A DNA stretch of 64,000 nucleotides, from positions 448,001 to 512,000 of the forward strand of contig OY970178.1 in NCBI GenBank assembly GCA_963707915.1. Direction: 5' to 3'. Position numbers and translations under genes: made by a program. Of the stretch, positions 38,355 through 49,296 are shown piece after piece. Each line of letters begins with the position of its first letter. Position 1 is the first letter of the stretch. Source of the stretch: Candidatus Eiseniibacteriota bacterium. GTDB taxonomy: Bacteria; Eisenbacteria; RBG-16-71-46. The notes beneath the pieces were generated by a model that saw only the letters and a program-made list of their open reading frames with translations, did no database searches and was not told the origin of the DNA.

Positions 38355-40081
38355 TGAAGCGTGGGGGCGGAGTCCTGGCGGCCCTGGCGACGCTCGGGGC
38401 CCTGGTGGTCGGGGACGGCGCGCGCGCGGCCGCCCGGCTCGACTACCGGGGCACCGCGCTGCCGCGGCGCGAGGTCGAAGCGCTCGCGGTCCCCGCGTTG
38501 CGCTCGCCGGGCGACTCGACGGCGGTGGCGGCGCTGCTCGGCGCGGTGGTCGCGCGCCTGCAGGAGACCGGGCGCCTCGAGGCCCGGGCCGAGGCCGCGT
38601 GGGACAGCGCCCGCGCCACGCTGCGGCTGGAGACGCGCGAAGGCCCGCTCTTCCGCCTGCGCGCGGTCACGGTCGAGACGCCGGACCTCCCGGACTCGCT
38701 CGCGTTCGCCGCGGCGCTCGGGCTCGAGGTCGGCGACCCGGCGTCCGCCGGCGCGGCCGGCGCGGCGGGGGAGCGGGCGCTGCGGGCGGTCGCGGACGCC
38801 GGGTACCCGTACGCCCGCCTGGGCCTGGACCGGTTCGACGCGGACACCGCCCGGGGCGCGCCGGGAGCGGCGCGCGGCGTGGCGCTGGTCTACACCGGCG
38901 CGCGCGGGCCGCGGGTGCTGATCGTGGGGGCCCGCGTGGAGGGGCTGAAGGTCACGCGGCCGGAGGTCGCGGCGCGCCCGCTGCGGCGCATGACCGGGCG
39001 GCCCTGGGACCGGGCCGAGGCGCTGGCGGGGCGGGAACGGCTCGCGCAGCTCGGCCTCTTCCGCAACGTCTCCTTCGAGGGGCTCGAAGGAGAGGCCGAC
39101 TGGGGCCGGGCGCGGGTCGTGTACCACGTCGAGGAGCCGCGCTACAACCGCTTCGAGGCGGTGGCGGGGTTCCAGGGCGACGCCGGCGCCGCCGGGCTGG
39201 CGCGGCTCGAGCTGGGGAACGTGCTGGGCACCGGGCGTGCGGCGGCACTGCGCTGGGAGTCGCGCGGCCGCGGACGGTCGGACTTCGAGGCGCGTTACGC
39301 CGAGCCGCTCCTGCTCGGTGCGCCCCTGCGGCTCGAGGGCGTGATGCAGCAGCAGATCCAGGACTCGCTCTACGCGCGAACGCGCTGGGGGGCGCGGGGA
39401 CGCTTCACGGTCGCCGCCCAGGAGCGGATCGAGGTGGGCTGGGAGCAGGAGCGGGTGGTGCAGGAGCGCGGCGAGCTGGAGCGCGCGGAGATCCAGAGCA
39501 CGCTATTCGCGCTCGAGCGCAGCACGCTGGACGAGCCGCTCGCCCCGCGCCGCGGCACGCGGACGCGGGTCGACGCCCGGCAGTCCTTCAAGCGCGAGGT
39601 GCTGCGGCCCTCCGGGGAGCGGGGCTCGCGGGCCTCGGCCGCGGAGTTCCACGGCGAGTGGCACCGGCCCTTCGGCCGCGCGGCCGGGCTGAGCGTGGAG
39701 CTGACCGGCGCGGGCCGGCTCAGCTCGCAGCGCGTGCTGCCGCTCTTCGAGCGCTACCCGGTGGGCGGGGCGGCCAGCCTGCGGGGCCACGACGAGGAGG
39801 CCTTCCGTGTCGACCGCTACGCGCTCTCGCGCCTGGAGTGGCGCTGGTTCCTCGGCCCCGGCGGGCAGCGCGCCTTCGTGTTCTGGGACCACGCCGAGAT
39901 GGGCACGCGCCTCGCGTTGCCGCAGGGCGGCGACCGGCTCGTCCTGGAGCGGGGCGACGGCGTGGGCTTCGGCCTGCGGCTCGAGACCGCGGGCGGACTG
40001 GTCGGCGTGGACTACGGGCTCGAGCCGGGCCGGCCGCCGCTGGAAGGCAAGATCCACCTGCAACTGGTCTCGACCTTCTGA
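38354..40081 (+). CDS. BamA/TamA (Omp85)-family outer-membrane protein
   Basis: POTRA-like GYPYA and LGLFRNV; NVLGTGR; GGAASLRGH; G.GFGLR; C-terminal F. Confidence 0.85.
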   Translation: MKRGGGVLAALATLGALVVGDGARAAARLDYRGTALPRREVEALAVPALRSPGDSTAVAALLGAVVARLQETGRLEARAEAAWDSARATLRLETREGPLFRLRAVTVETPDLPDSLAFAAALGLEVGDPASAGAAGAAGERALRAVADAGYPYARLGLDRFDADTARGAPGAARGVALVYTGARGPRVLIVGARVEGLKVTRPEVAARPLRRMTGRPWDRAEALAGRERLAQLGLFRNVSFEGLEGEADWGRARVVYHVEEPRYNRFEAVAGFQGDAGAAGLARLELGNVLGTGRAAALRWESRGRGRSDFEARYAEPLLLGAPLRLEGVMQQQIQDSLYARTRWGARGRFTVAAQERIEVGWEQERVVQERGELERAEIQSTLFALERSTLDEPLAPRRGTRTRVDARQSFKREVLRPSGERGSRASAAEFHGEWHRPFGRAAGLSVELTGAGRLSSQRVLPLFERYPVGGAASLRGHDEEAFRVDRYALSRLEWRWFLGPGGQRAFVFWDHAEMGTRLALPQGGDRLVLERGDGVGFGLRLETAGGLVGVDYGLEPGRPPLEGKIHLQLVSTF

Positions 40082-40168
40082 CGGACCCGCCCCGCCGGGG
40101 CGTTCGCGCGCGTGCGCGCTCTTCGGGCATGATGCGCGCCACGGCTCGTCCAGGCCGGGAGGGGGTGC

Positions 40169-42301
40169 ATGTCGCTGGTCCGCGAGGTCGAGAGGTTGCT
40201 GGCGCCGGGGGGGCGACTCTCGCAGCGCTGGCCGCGCTACGAGGAACGGGCGGCCCAGGGGCGGCTGGCCGCCGACATCGCGCGGGTCGTCGAGCAGGGC
40301 GGCGTGCTGCTGGCGGAGGCGCCGACCGGCGTGGGCAAGTCGCTGTCCTACCTGCTGCCCGCGGTGCTCCACGCGCAGGCCGGCGAACGCCGCGTGGTGG
40401 TGGCGACGTGCACGCGCTCGCTCCAGGACCAACTCTTCGAGCGGGACCTGCCGGCGCTGCTGGAGGCGCTGGACCTGAGGCTGTCGTGCGCCCGGCTCAA
40501 GGGCAAGCAGAACTACCTCTGTCCGCGCGCCCTCCAGCAGGCCGGCGGCCGCGGTCTCGAGGAGGACGAGACGCTCGACGAGCTGCGCCGCTGGGCGGCC
40601 GCCGACGAGGAGGGCGACCTGGACCGCTTCCCGGCCTCGGACCCGGAAGCGATGCGGCGCCTGCGCGGGCGCCTGGGCGCGGACCCGCACGCCTGCACCA
40701 TGCTCACCTGCCGGAAGGGGCGCGAGTGCTACTGGGTGCGGGCGCGGCGCGCGGCCGCGCAGGCGCGCGTGGTGGTGGTGAACCACGCGCTGCTGGCGAT
40801 CTCCGGCGAGGTGGAGGGCCTGCTGCCCGACTTCGACGTGCTGGTGGTGGACGAGGCCCACCGGCTCGAGAGCGTACTGCTGGGGCAGCTCGAGGTCGGG
40901 GTGTCGCGCAACCGCATCGAGGAGGTGCTGAGGCTGGTGGGCACGGGCCGCCGGCGGGGGGGCGTCGCGGCGGCCTCCGCGGGCAGCCCCGCGGGGCTCA
41001 TCGCGCGGGTGCGCGGCTTCGCCCTGCCGCTGTTCGGCGCGGAGAAGGGCGGCTCGGGGGCCGAGCGCGAGGAGTTGGACGCCCTGGGGAAGCGGGTCAC
41101 GCAGGCCCGCGAGGATGCCGACCGCTTCTTCGCGGCGATCGAGCCCAGGGGTGAGCGCCACGAGGTCTACGGCGCCCGCGAACGCTACCGCTCGGCCCTC
41201 GAGCTGCTCGGGCGCGATCTCGAGCCGCTCGAGTCCATCCTCTCCCATTGCAACCGGTTCGCTCGCTCGCTTCACCTTCTGGCGGAGGACCTGGACGCGC
41301 TGCACGCGGGCGAGACGGCCGACGATTTGGTGGGTGAGCTCGAGCAGGCCGGCGGCCGGTTCGCCCAGCTCGGCGTGGACGTGGGGCACCTCTCCGAGGC
41401 GACCCACCGGGACTGGGTCTACTGGCGGAGCTCAGGCGGGCGCGGGGTCGAACTGCACGGCGCCCCGGTGAGCGTGGGGGACCACGCCCGGCGGCTGGTG
41501 ATCGGGAGGGCCCGCGCGGCGTTCCTCACCTCGGCGACCATCTCCACCGGCGGGGACTTCGGCTTCCTCGCCGAGCGGCTGGGCCTGGGCGAGTCGCGCG
41601 GGTTGCCCTACGAGACGGCCTCGTACCCGTCGCCGTTCCCGCTCGCCACCCAGATGCGGGTGTTCGTCTACGAGGGGACCGGGGGCGAGGCGGAGGTGGT
41701 GAGCGAGGTGGTGGCCGAGCTGGCGCGGGCGACCGGGCGCAACCAGCTCGTGCTGTTCACGGCGCACGAGCGCCTGCGACGGGCCCGCGAGCGGCTGTTG
41801 TCGAGCCTCGGAGCCGGCGGGACGCTGCTGGCCCAGGAATGGGACGGGCCCGCCAGCCTGTTGGCCGAACGCTTCCGCCTCGAGCGTGGCGCCGTCTTGC
41901 TCGGAGTCCAGAGCCTGTGGGAAGGTGTCGACTTCCCGGGTGAGGCACTCGAGATCCTCGTGGTCGCGAAGCTCCCCTTCTCCGTGCCGGACGAGCCGCT
42001 GGTCGAGGCGCGGGGGGAGCGGCTGCGCGAGCAGGGGCTCGATCCGTTCCAACACGACGCGGTGCCCGAGGCGGTGCTGCGTTTCCGACAGGGGGTGGGG
42101 CGCCTGATCCGCCGTTCCGACGATCGCGGGGTCCTGGTGGTCTGCGACCCGCGCCTGGTCACGGCCTCGTACCGCAGGCCGTTCCTCGATTCGCTGCCGG
42201 TCGCGCCCGAGCGGACCCGGGACGTGCGGGCCCTGGCCGCCGGTGCGGCGCGCTTCCTCGGCGTCCCGGAGCCCCCGGCGGAGAAGGAGCAGAGCGAATG
42301 A
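40169..42301 (+). CDS. DinG/YoaA-family ATP-dependent DNA helicase
   Basis: [20 protein letters not shown], Cys cluster, [36 protein letters not shown]. Confidence 0.92.
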   Translation: MSLVREVERLLAPGGRLSQRWPRYEERAAQGRLAADIARVVEQGGVLLAEAPTGVGKSLSYLLPAVLHAQAGERRVVVATCTRSLQDQLFERDLPALLEALDLRLSCARLKGKQNYLCPRALQQAGGRGLEEDETLDELRRWAAADEEGDLDRFPASDPEAMRRLRGRLGADPHACTMLTCRKGRECYWVRARRAAAQARVVVVNHALLAISGEVEGLLPDFDVLVVDEAHRLESVLLGQLEVGVSRNRIEEVLRLVGTGRRRGGVAAASAGSPAGLIARVRGFALPLFGAEKGGSGAEREELDALGKRVTQAREDADRFFAAIEPRGERHEVYGARERYRSALELLGRDLEPLESILSHCNRFARSLHLLAEDLDALHAGETADDLVGELEQAGGRFAQLGVDVGHLSEATHRDWVYWRSSGGRGVELHGAPVSVGDHARRLVIGRARAAFLTSATISTGGDFGFLAERLGLGESRGLPYETASYPSPFPLATQMRVFVYEGTGGEAEVVSEVVAELARATGRNQLVLFTAHERLRRARERLLSSLGAGGTLLAQEWDGPASLLAERFRLERGAVLLGVQSLWEGVDFPGEALEILVVAKLPFSVPDEPLVEARGERLREQGLDPFQHDAVPEAVLRFRQGVGRLIRRSDDRGVLVVCDPRLVTASYRRPFLDSLPVAPERTRDVRALAAGAARFLGVPEPPAEKEQSE

Positions 42302-43971
42302 ATCCGACCGCCGTGTACCGCCCCGTGCGCGCGCCGCGCGGCACCGCGCTGTCCTGCAAGGGCTGGGCGCAGGAGGCCGCGCTGCGCATGCTGATGAACA
42401 ACCTCGACCCCGAGGTCGCCGAACGGCCGGAGGACCTGGTCGTCTACGGCGGTCGCGGCAAGGCGGCCCGGTCCTGGGAGGCCTACGAGCGGATCGTCGC
42501 CACGCTGCGCGCGCTCGAGGGGGACGAGACCCTGCTGGTGCAGTCGGGCAAGCCGGTCGGGGTCTTCCGCACGCACCCCGGCGCCCCGCGGGTGCTCATC
42601 GCCAATTCGCTGCTGGTGCCCCGCTGGGCCACCTGGGAGCACTTCTGGGAGCTCGAGGGCAGGGGCCTGATGATGTACGGGCAGATGACCGCGGGCTCGT
42701 GGATCTACATCGGCTCGCAGGGCATCGTGCAGGGCACCTTCGAGACCTTCGCCGAGTGCGCGGCCCGCCACTTCGGCGGCTCGCTCGCCGGGCGGCTGGT
42801 GCTGACCGCCGGGCTCGGCGGCATGGGCGGCGCCCAGCCGCTGGCGGCCACGATGAACGGCGCGGTCTGCCTGGCCGTCGAGGTGGACGAGGCCCGCGCG
42901 CAGCGCCGCGTGGATGGCGGCTACTGCGACCGGCTGACCCGCGACCACGACGAGGCCGTCGCCTGGTGCCGCGCGGCGCAGGCGGCGGGGCGGCCGCTGA
43001 GCGTCGCCCTCGTCGGCAACGCGGCCGAGACCCACCCGCACCTGGTGAAGCAGGGCCTGCGGGTGGACATCGCCACCGACCAGACCTCGGCGCACGATCC
43101 GCTGAACGGCTACGTCCCGGCGGGGCTCTCGCTCGAGCAGGCCGCCGCGCTGCGCGTGCAGGATCCGGGGGAGTACGTGCGCCGGGCCCGTGCATCGATG
43201 GCGACGCAGGTGCGGGCCCTGATCACCATGAAGCAACTGGGCTCGGTGGTCTTCGACTACGGCAACAACCTGCGCGGCGAGGCCGAGCAGGGGGGGCTGC
43301 CGCACGAGCAGGCGTTCTCCTATCCGGGCTTCGTCCCGGAGTACATCCGGCCGCTGTTCTGCACCGGCAAGGGACCGTTCCGCTGGGCCGCGCTCTCGGG
43401 CGACCCGGAGGACATCTTCGCCACCGATCGTGCCGCGCTCGAGGAGTTCCCGGACGACGAACGGCTGCACCGCTGGATCCCGCTGGCCCGGAAGCACGTG
43501 CGCTTCCAGGGACTGCCGGCCCGCATCTGCTGGCTGGGCTACGGCGAGCGCGCGCGGCTCGGCCTGCGCTTCAACCGCATGGTGCGCGAGGGCGCGCTGA
43601 AGGCGCCGATCGTGATCGGGCGCGACCACCTCGACGCCGGCTCGGTCGCGTCGCCGTGGCGCGAGACCGAGGGGATGCGTGACGGCAGCGACGCGGTGGC
43701 CGACTGGCCCATCCTCAACGCGCTCCTCAACACGGCCTCGGGCGCCTCGTGGGTGAGCGTCCACCACGGTGGGGGAGTGGGGATCGGCAACTCCATCCAC
43801 GCGGGCGTGGTCATCGTCTGCGACGGCAGCGCCGACACGGACGCGAAGCTCGAGCGCGTGCTCACGAACGATCCGGGCACCGGGGTCATGCGCCACGCCG
43901 ACGCCGGCTACCCGAGCGCGATCGAGCACGCGCGCCGGACCGGGATGAAGCTGCCGGGCGTGACGTCGTGA
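42298..43971 (+). CDS. hutU: Urocanate hydratase
   Basis: [58 protein letters not shown]. Confidence 0.97.
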   Translation: MNPTAVYRPVRAPRGTALSCKGWAQEAALRMLMNNLDPEVAERPEDLVVYGGRGKAARSWEAYERIVATLRALEGDETLLVQSGKPVGVFRTHPGAPRVLIANSLLVPRWATWEHFWELEGRGLMMYGQMTAGSWIYIGSQGIVQGTFETFAECAARHFGGSLAGRLVLTAGLGGMGGAQPLAATMNGAVCLAVEVDEARAQRRVDGGYCDRLTRDHDEAVAWCRAAQAAGRPLSVALVGNAAETHPHLVKQGLRVDIATDQTSAHDPLNGYVPAGLSLEQAAALRVQDPGEYVRRARASMATQVRALITMKQLGSVVFDYGNNLRGEAEQGGLPHEQAFSYPGFVPEYIRPLFCTGKGPFRWAALSGDPEDIFATDRAALEEFPDDERLHRWIPLARKHVRFQGLPARICWLGYGERARLGLRFNRMVREGALKAPIVIGRDHLDAGSVASPWRETEGMRDGSDAVADWPILNALLNTASGASWVSVHHGGGVGIGNSIHAGVVIVCDGSADTDAKLERVLTNDPGTGVMRHADAGYPSAIEHARRTGMKLPGVTS

Positions 43972-45275
43972 GCGGTTCGATGGGCCCCGGGCCCTCGCGG
44001 GATCCGTCGGCACGGGCGGTGGCCGGGCGCACGTCCTATCTGATCCTGCACAACACCTCGGAGGTGGTGACGCCCGACCCCGGGGGCCGCGCGGTGCTGC
44101 GCTACCCGCGCGGGGCGATCGTCTTCCGGGAAGGCCGCGTGCTGGAGGTCGGGCCGGGCCCGGAGTTGACCCGGCGTCACCCCGAGGCCCGCCCGCTCAA
44201 TGCCCATGGCAAGCTGGTCACCCCCGGGCTGGTGGACTGCCACACGCACATGATCTTCGCCGGGCACCGGGCCGCCGAGTTCCAGCGCCGGCTCCGCGGC
44301 GAGGCCTACGCCGCCATCGCCGCGGCGGGCGGCGGCATCCGCTCGACCGTCACCGCGACCGCCGCGGAGCGCGACGACGCGCTCGAGAAGTCGCTCGCCA
44401 ACCGGCTCGAGCGCTGGCGCGCCAATGGCTGCACGACGGTCGAGGTCAAGAGCGGCTACGGCCTCACGCCCTCGGGGGAGACCCGGCTGCTGGAGCTGAT
44501 GCGGGGCGCTGCCCAGCGCGTGCCGGCGTGGCTGCACCGCACGGCGCTGCTGCTGCACGCCCTGCCGCCCGAGTTCCGGGAGCGCCGCGCCGAGTATCTC
44601 GCCGCCATGGTCGATCGCGTGCTGCCGGACCTCGGCGTGCGCCAGCTGGCGAGCGCCGTGGACGTGTATTGCGACCCGGTGGCCTTCACGGTCGAGGAGT
44701 GCCGCGCGGTGCTGCTGCGCGCGAAGGAGCTGGGGCTGGACGTCAAGCTGCACGCCGACCAGCTCGAGCGCAGCGGCGGCGCGCGCCTCGCCGCGGAGCT
44801 GGGCGCGTGTTCGGCGGACCACCTCGAGTGCTCGACCGAGGAGGACTGGGGCGCGCTGGCGGAGGCCGGGGTGGTCGGCGTGCTCCTGCCGGGCGCGGCG
44901 CTGACCCTGCGGCAGTCGCTGCCCGAAGCCGGGATGCTGCGCCGCAGCGGCGCGCGCTGGGCGATCGCGTCCGACTTCAATCCCGGGACCTCGCCGGCGC
45001 AGTCCCTGCTCGAGTGCGCGGCGCTGGCCGCCCGGCTGTGCGGCTTCGATGCCGAGGAGACGCTGCTGAGCATCACTTGGAACGCGGCACGCGCGTTGCG
45101 GGTCGAGGCCGAGGTGGGGCACCTGAACCCCGGCGCCTGGGGCGACGCCGTGGTCTGGGAATGCGAGTCGCTCGAGGAGTTGCCCTACTGGCTTCCGGCC
45201 GTGCGGCCCGACATCGTCTTCATGCGGGGCGCCGACCTGGCGCTGCCGAGCGTCGAACGGCGGGTCTGGCCGTGA
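43968..45275 (+). CDS. hutI: Imidazolonepropionase
   Basis: [44 protein letters not shown]. Confidence 0.93.
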   Translation: MSGSMGPGPSRDPSARAVAGRTSYLILHNTSEVVTPDPGGRAVLRYPRGAIVFREGRVLEVGPGPELTRRHPEARPLNAHGKLVTPGLVDCHTHMIFAGHRAAEFQRRLRGEAYAAIAAAGGGIRSTVTATAAERDDALEKSLANRLERWRANGCTTVEVKSGYGLTPSGETRLLELMRGAAQRVPAWLHRTALLLHALPPEFRERRAEYLAAMVDRVLPDLGVRQLASAVDVYCDPVAFTVEECRAVLLRAKELGLDVKLHADQLERSGGARLAAELGACSADHLECSTEEDWGALAEAGVVGVLLPGAALTLRQSLPEAGMLRRSGARWAIASDFNPGTSPAQSLLECAALAARLCGFDAEETLLSITWNAARALRVEAEVGHLNPGAWGDAVVWECESLEELPYWLPAVRPDIVFMRGADLALPSVERRVWP

Positions 45276-45772
45276 TGGCGCCGCGCCGGGATGTCCGGCT
45301 GCTGCGTTGGGCAAGCCCGCGCGGCCTGCGACGTGTCCGGTTGACACGCCTCGGCCGCGCGGGCTTGCCCGCCTTGCATCCGGGCATCCGGGCGCGGCTC
45401 GGGGGTCTGGCACTGCTGGTGCTGGTCCTCGGTCCCCCAGCGCTGGCCGCCCCGGCCGACACGACCGGCATGATCGTGGGCTGGGCGCGCGACTCGGTGA
45501 GTGGCCGTGCGCTGCCGTATGCCAGCGTGGTGGTGCAGGGCACGCACCTCGGCGCCACCGCGGACACGAGCGGCTGGTTCCGGCTGGCCGGGGTGCCGGC
45601 CGGCGAGCGCGTGGTGCAGGCCCTGGCGCTCGGCTTCCGGCGTGGCGAGGCGCGCGTGAGGGTGCGCGCCGGGTGCGCCGACACCGTGCGGCTTCGTCTT
45701 CACGCAGTGCCCATCCACACGCAGCGGCCGGACCCGATCCGGAATCTTCTTCGAACCCCCGGGAACCACTGA
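45275..45772 (+). CDS. Small protein with carboxypeptidase-regulatory-like (CarboxypepD_reg-like) domain
   Basis: G.IVG.ARDSVSGRALPYASVVVQGTHLGATADTSG.FRL.GVPAG; start uncertain. Confidence 0.7.
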   Translation: MAPRRDVRLLRWASPRGLRRVRLTRLGRAGLPALHPGIRARLGGLALLVLVLGPPALAAPADTTGMIVGWARDSVSGRALPYASVVVQGTHLGATADTSGWFRLAGVPAGERVVQALALGFRRGEARVRVRAGCADTVRLRLHAVPIHTQRPDPIRNLLRTPGNH

Positions 45773-45789
45773 CGGAGAACCCAACGTCC

Positions 45790-47322
45790 ATGTCCAAGCT
45801 CGTCGAATGCGTCCCGAACTTCTCGGAAGGCCGCCGCCGCGAGGTGGTGGAGGAGATCATGCAGGCCATCGCTTCCGTCCCCGGCGTCACGCTGCTCGAC
45901 AGCGAGATGGACGCGGACCACAACCGCTCGGTGCTCACCTTCGCGGGCGAGCCGGAGCCGGTGATGGAGGCGGCGTTCCGCGCGGTGAAGCGCGGCAGCG
46001 AACGGATCGACCTGAACCAGCACCGTGGCGAGCACCCGCGCATGGGCGCGGCCGACGTGGTGCCGTTCGTGCCGGTCGAGGGGCTGACGCTCGAGGACTG
46101 CGCGGAGCTGGCGCGCCAGACCGGCCGGCGCATCGGCGAGGAGCTGGGGATCCCGGTGTTCCTCTACGAGGCGGCCGCCTCCCGCCCGGACCGGGTGATC
46201 CTCGCCGACGTGCGGCGCGGCGAGTTCGAGGGGCTGCGCGAGCTGATCGGGAAGGACCCGAAGAAGAAGCCCGACTTCGGTCCCGAGCGCATCCACGCGA
46301 CTGCGGGGGCGACCGCGGTGGGGGCCCGGCGCTTCCTCGTGGCCTTCAATGCGAACCTGAACACGCCGGACCTGCGGGTGGCGAAGGCCATCGCCGCCTC
46401 GATCCGCGAGCAGAGCGGCGGCCTCAAGAACGTGCGGGCGCTCGGCTTCTCGATCGAGGGCGGGCGGCGGGCCCAGGTGAGCATGAACCTGGTGAACACC
46501 GAGGCCACTCCCATCCACCGGGTGCTCGCCCTGGTGCGCGCCGAGGCGGCGCGGCACGGCGCGGCCGTCCAGGGCTGCGAAGTCGTGGGGCTGGTCCCCG
46601 AGTACGCGATGCTCGACGCCGCCGAGCACTACCTGCAGCTCGAGAACTTCCGCCGTGACCAGGTGCTGGAGTTGCGCCTCAAGACGCCGCCGCTCACCGA
46701 GGCGGTCTCGGTGGCGTCGTTCTTCGACTCGGTCGCCTCGCCGACCCCGACGCCCGGGGGCGGCACGGTCGCGGCCTTCGTCGGGGCGCTGGCCGCGACC
46801 CTGCCGACCATGGTGGCCGGCCTGACGCTGGGCAAGAAGAAGTACGCCGCGCACGAGGAGGCGATGAAGGAGGTGCGCCGCAACGCGGCGACGCTGCGCG
46901 GGCGGCTGCTGGGGCTGGCGCGCCGGGACAGCGAGGCCTTCGAGGCGGTGCTGCGGGCGCGGAAGCTGCCGCAGGCCAGCCCCGCCGAGGCCGAGGCGCG
47001 GGAGAAGGCCATGGCGGCCGCGGACTTGGCGGCGATGCGCGTGCCGCTCGAGACCGCGCAGGCGTGCCTCGAGGTGCTCGAGCTGGCCGCCGAGGTCGCG
47101 GAGAAGGGCAACATCAATGCCGCGAGCGACTCCGGGGTGGCCGGGCTGCTGGCGAACGCCGCGTCGGAAGGGGCGCTGCTGAACGTGGAAATCAACCTGA
47201 AGTCCGCCGGGCCATCCGCCGATAAGACCGACATCGAGATGAGCCTGCAACGCATCCGGACAGCGCTCGGCCCAATGGCGCGGCGCTGCCAGGATGCCGT
47301 GCATGCCGCCTTGAACGCTTGA
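45790..47322 (+). CDS. ftcD: Glutamate formimidoyltransferase / formiminotetrahydrofolate cyclodeaminase (bifunctional)
   Basis: LVECVPNFSEGR, DHNRSV, HPRMGAADVVPF, QVSMNL; second domain PTPGGG, NVEINL. Confidence 0.93.
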   Translation: MSKLVECVPNFSEGRRREVVEEIMQAIASVPGVTLLDSEMDADHNRSVLTFAGEPEPVMEAAFRAVKRGSERIDLNQHRGEHPRMGAADVVPFVPVEGLTLEDCAELARQTGRRIGEELGIPVFLYEAAASRPDRVILADVRRGEFEGLRELIGKDPKKKPDFGPERIHATAGATAVGARRFLVAFNANLNTPDLRVAKAIAASIREQSGGLKNVRALGFSIEGGRRAQVSMNLVNTEATPIHRVLALVRAEAARHGAAVQGCEVVGLVPEYAMLDAAEHYLQLENFRRDQVLELRLKTPPLTEAVSVASFFDSVASPTPTPGGGTVAAFVGALAATLPTMVAGLTLGKKKYAAHEEAMKEVRRNAATLRGRLLGLARRDSEAFEAVLRARKLPQASPAEAEAREKAMAAADLAAMRVPLETAQACLEVLELAAEVAEKGNINAASDSGVAGLLANAASEGALLNVEINLKSAGPSADKTDIEMSLQRIRTALGPMARRCQDAVHAALNA

Positions 47323-47397
47323 CAGGGACTGCGTCATGGCGGGAGGGCCGCCGCATCCGGGTCCGGCGCGGTGGCGTGCTCCGCGGAGAGAGCCAGC

Positions 47398-49296
47398 TTG
47401 GAAAAGGCGATTGACATCAAGCGACGGGCCCAGCGCTGTCTCCAGAGCGGTGATCTGGACGGCGCCCTGAGCGAGTACGACAAGCTCACCCGCGCAGAAG
47501 ACTCCGAGCCCATCAACCTGGTCGTCATGGCGGACCTCCTCTACAAGAAGGAGGACCTGGCCGAGGCGTCACGGCGCTACCTGCAGGCGGTTGAAGCCTA
47601 CAAGGGGGCGGGGCTCTACAAGAACGCCATCGCGGTCTGCAAGAAGATGGCGCGGCTGTCGCTCTCGCTCGCCGCGGTGCTCCAGCATCTCGCCGAGCTC
47701 CACGCGCTGGACGGCCTGAGCACCGAGGCGGCGCTCTATTACCAGGAGTACGCCGAACACCTGGCCCACGAGCAGAACTTCCGCGGCGCCGCCGCCAGCC
47801 TGCGCAAGGCCTTCGACGCCTCGCCCGAGAACCCGCGGCTGCTGGAGAAGGCGGCCGACTGGCAGCAGCAGGCGGGGGATGTGACCGGGGCGGCGGCATC
47901 GCTGATGGAGGCGTCCCGGCAGTACGCCCGCCGGGCGCAGACCGAGGACGCCACCCGGGCGCGGACGCGGGCGGATGAGCTGGCGCCCGGCGCCGGCACG
48001 GCGCGCCCGGCCCCGGTGAGCGCGGAGACGGCCTCGGCCGCGCCCGCGGCGGCGGATCCCGTGGTGGTCGAGCCCGTGGTGGTCGAGCCCCGCGCTGCCG
48101 AGGCCGGCGCCCCGGCACCGGAGCCGGCTCCGGCCCCGGCCGCGAGTGCCCCCGAGCCGGCCGCGCCCGATGCCGGGGACGCGCCCGCCGGGGAGATCGT
48201 CGACGGCCTCGAGCACCAGCGGACGTTCGTCTCCCCGCTGCGCGGCGAGCCGCAGCCCGAGGCGGAGGCCTCGGAGGCGACGCCTCCGTCGCCCCCCGAA
48301 CGGCACTTCGGCTCACCGCAGGAGTCGGCGGCCGATCCCGGGGACGACTCGACCCCCGCGACCAGCGCGATCTCCGCGATGCCGGAGATGTCGGAGATCG
48401 AGGACCTGCTGAGCCTGGCGGCCGAGCGGTTCAAGCAGGGGGAGCAGGACCTGGCAGCCGACGCGCTGGTGGAGGCGGCACGGGCCTACGAGGCGCTCGA
48501 GCGCCTGGAGAGCGCGGCCGCGATCTACCGCAGCCTGGGACGCAGCACGCATTGCACGCCCGAAGTCCTGGCCCTCTGGCTCCGGAACTGCGAGCTGCGC
48601 GAAGAGCCCCGCGAAGCGGCGGAGGTCGCCTGCGGGCTCGGCGACCGTGCCCTGAACGACGGCGACCTGGACGGCGCGCGCGCCTGGTTCGAGCGTGCCC
48701 TGAAGCACGTCCCGCACCACGAACTGGCGACCCGCCGGATGCAGCGGATGGGGCCGGGCGCGCCGGTGGCTGCGCCGGTCGAGGAGCAGGGCGCGCCGGG
48801 AGGGGCGAAGGGCCCGAACGGCCGGGTCGAGGTCACCCTGGGCCGCGCGCAGGCCGTCACGCTCGACCTCGGTTCGCTGATCGCGGAGTTCCGCACCGGC
48901 ATCGAGTCGCAGATTTCGGGCGACGCCCAGAGCCACTATGATCTCGGCATGACCTACCGGGAGATGGGACTGTTCGACCAGGCCGTCGAGTGTTTCCGCA
49001 CCGCGGCGCGCGACCCCAGGTTCGCCTCGCGCGCGGCCGAGATGGTCGGCCGCTGCCTGCTGGACGAAGGGCGATTCGACGAGGCGGTCGAGGAGTTCAC
49101 GCGCGCGCTGAAGGGCCTCGAGGACGCGTCCGAGGCGGGTATCTGCCTGCGCTTCCAGCTCGGTCTGGCCCACGAAGTCGCCGGCCACGCGCCCGACGCG
49201 CTGGCCGAGTTCGAGCGCGTCTACGCCGTCCAGCCGAACTACCCGGATGTGGCCCAGAAGATCGGGGTGCTCCGCAGGGCCCTGGAGCGGGTGTGA
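47398..49296 (+). CDS. Tetratricopeptide-repeat protein with Pro/Ala/Glu-rich linker
   Basis: TTG after GGAGAG; helical TPR units; C-terminal HYDLGMTYREMGLFDQAV...FQLG.A.E...YPDV. Confidence 0.8.
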   Translation: MEKAIDIKRRAQRCLQSGDLDGALSEYDKLTRAEDSEPINLVVMADLLYKKEDLAEASRRYLQAVEAYKGAGLYKNAIAVCKKMARLSLSLAAVLQHLAELHALDGLSTEAALYYQEYAEHLAHEQNFRGAAASLRKAFDASPENPRLLEKAADWQQQAGDVTGAAASLMEASRQYARRAQTEDATRARTRADELAPGAGTARPAPVSAETASAAPAAADPVVVEPVVVEPRAAEAGAPAPEPAPAPAASAPEPAAPDAGDAPAGEIVDGLEHQRTFVSPLRGEPQPEAEASEATPPSPPERHFGSPQESAADPGDDSTPATSAISAMPEMSEIEDLLSLAAERFKQGEQDLAADALVEAARAYEALERLESAAAIYRSLGRSTHCTPEVLALWLRNCELREEPREAAEVACGLGDRALNDGDLDGARAWFERALKHVPHHELATRRMQRMGPGAPVAAPVEEQGAPGGAKGPNGRVEVTLGRAQAVTLDLGSLIAEFRTGIESQISGDAQSHYDLGMTYREMGLFDQAVECFRTAARDPRFASRAAEMVGRCLLDEGRFDEAVEEFTRALKGLEDASEAGICLRFQLGLAHEVAGHAPDALAEFERVYAVQPNYPDVAQKIGVLRRALERV

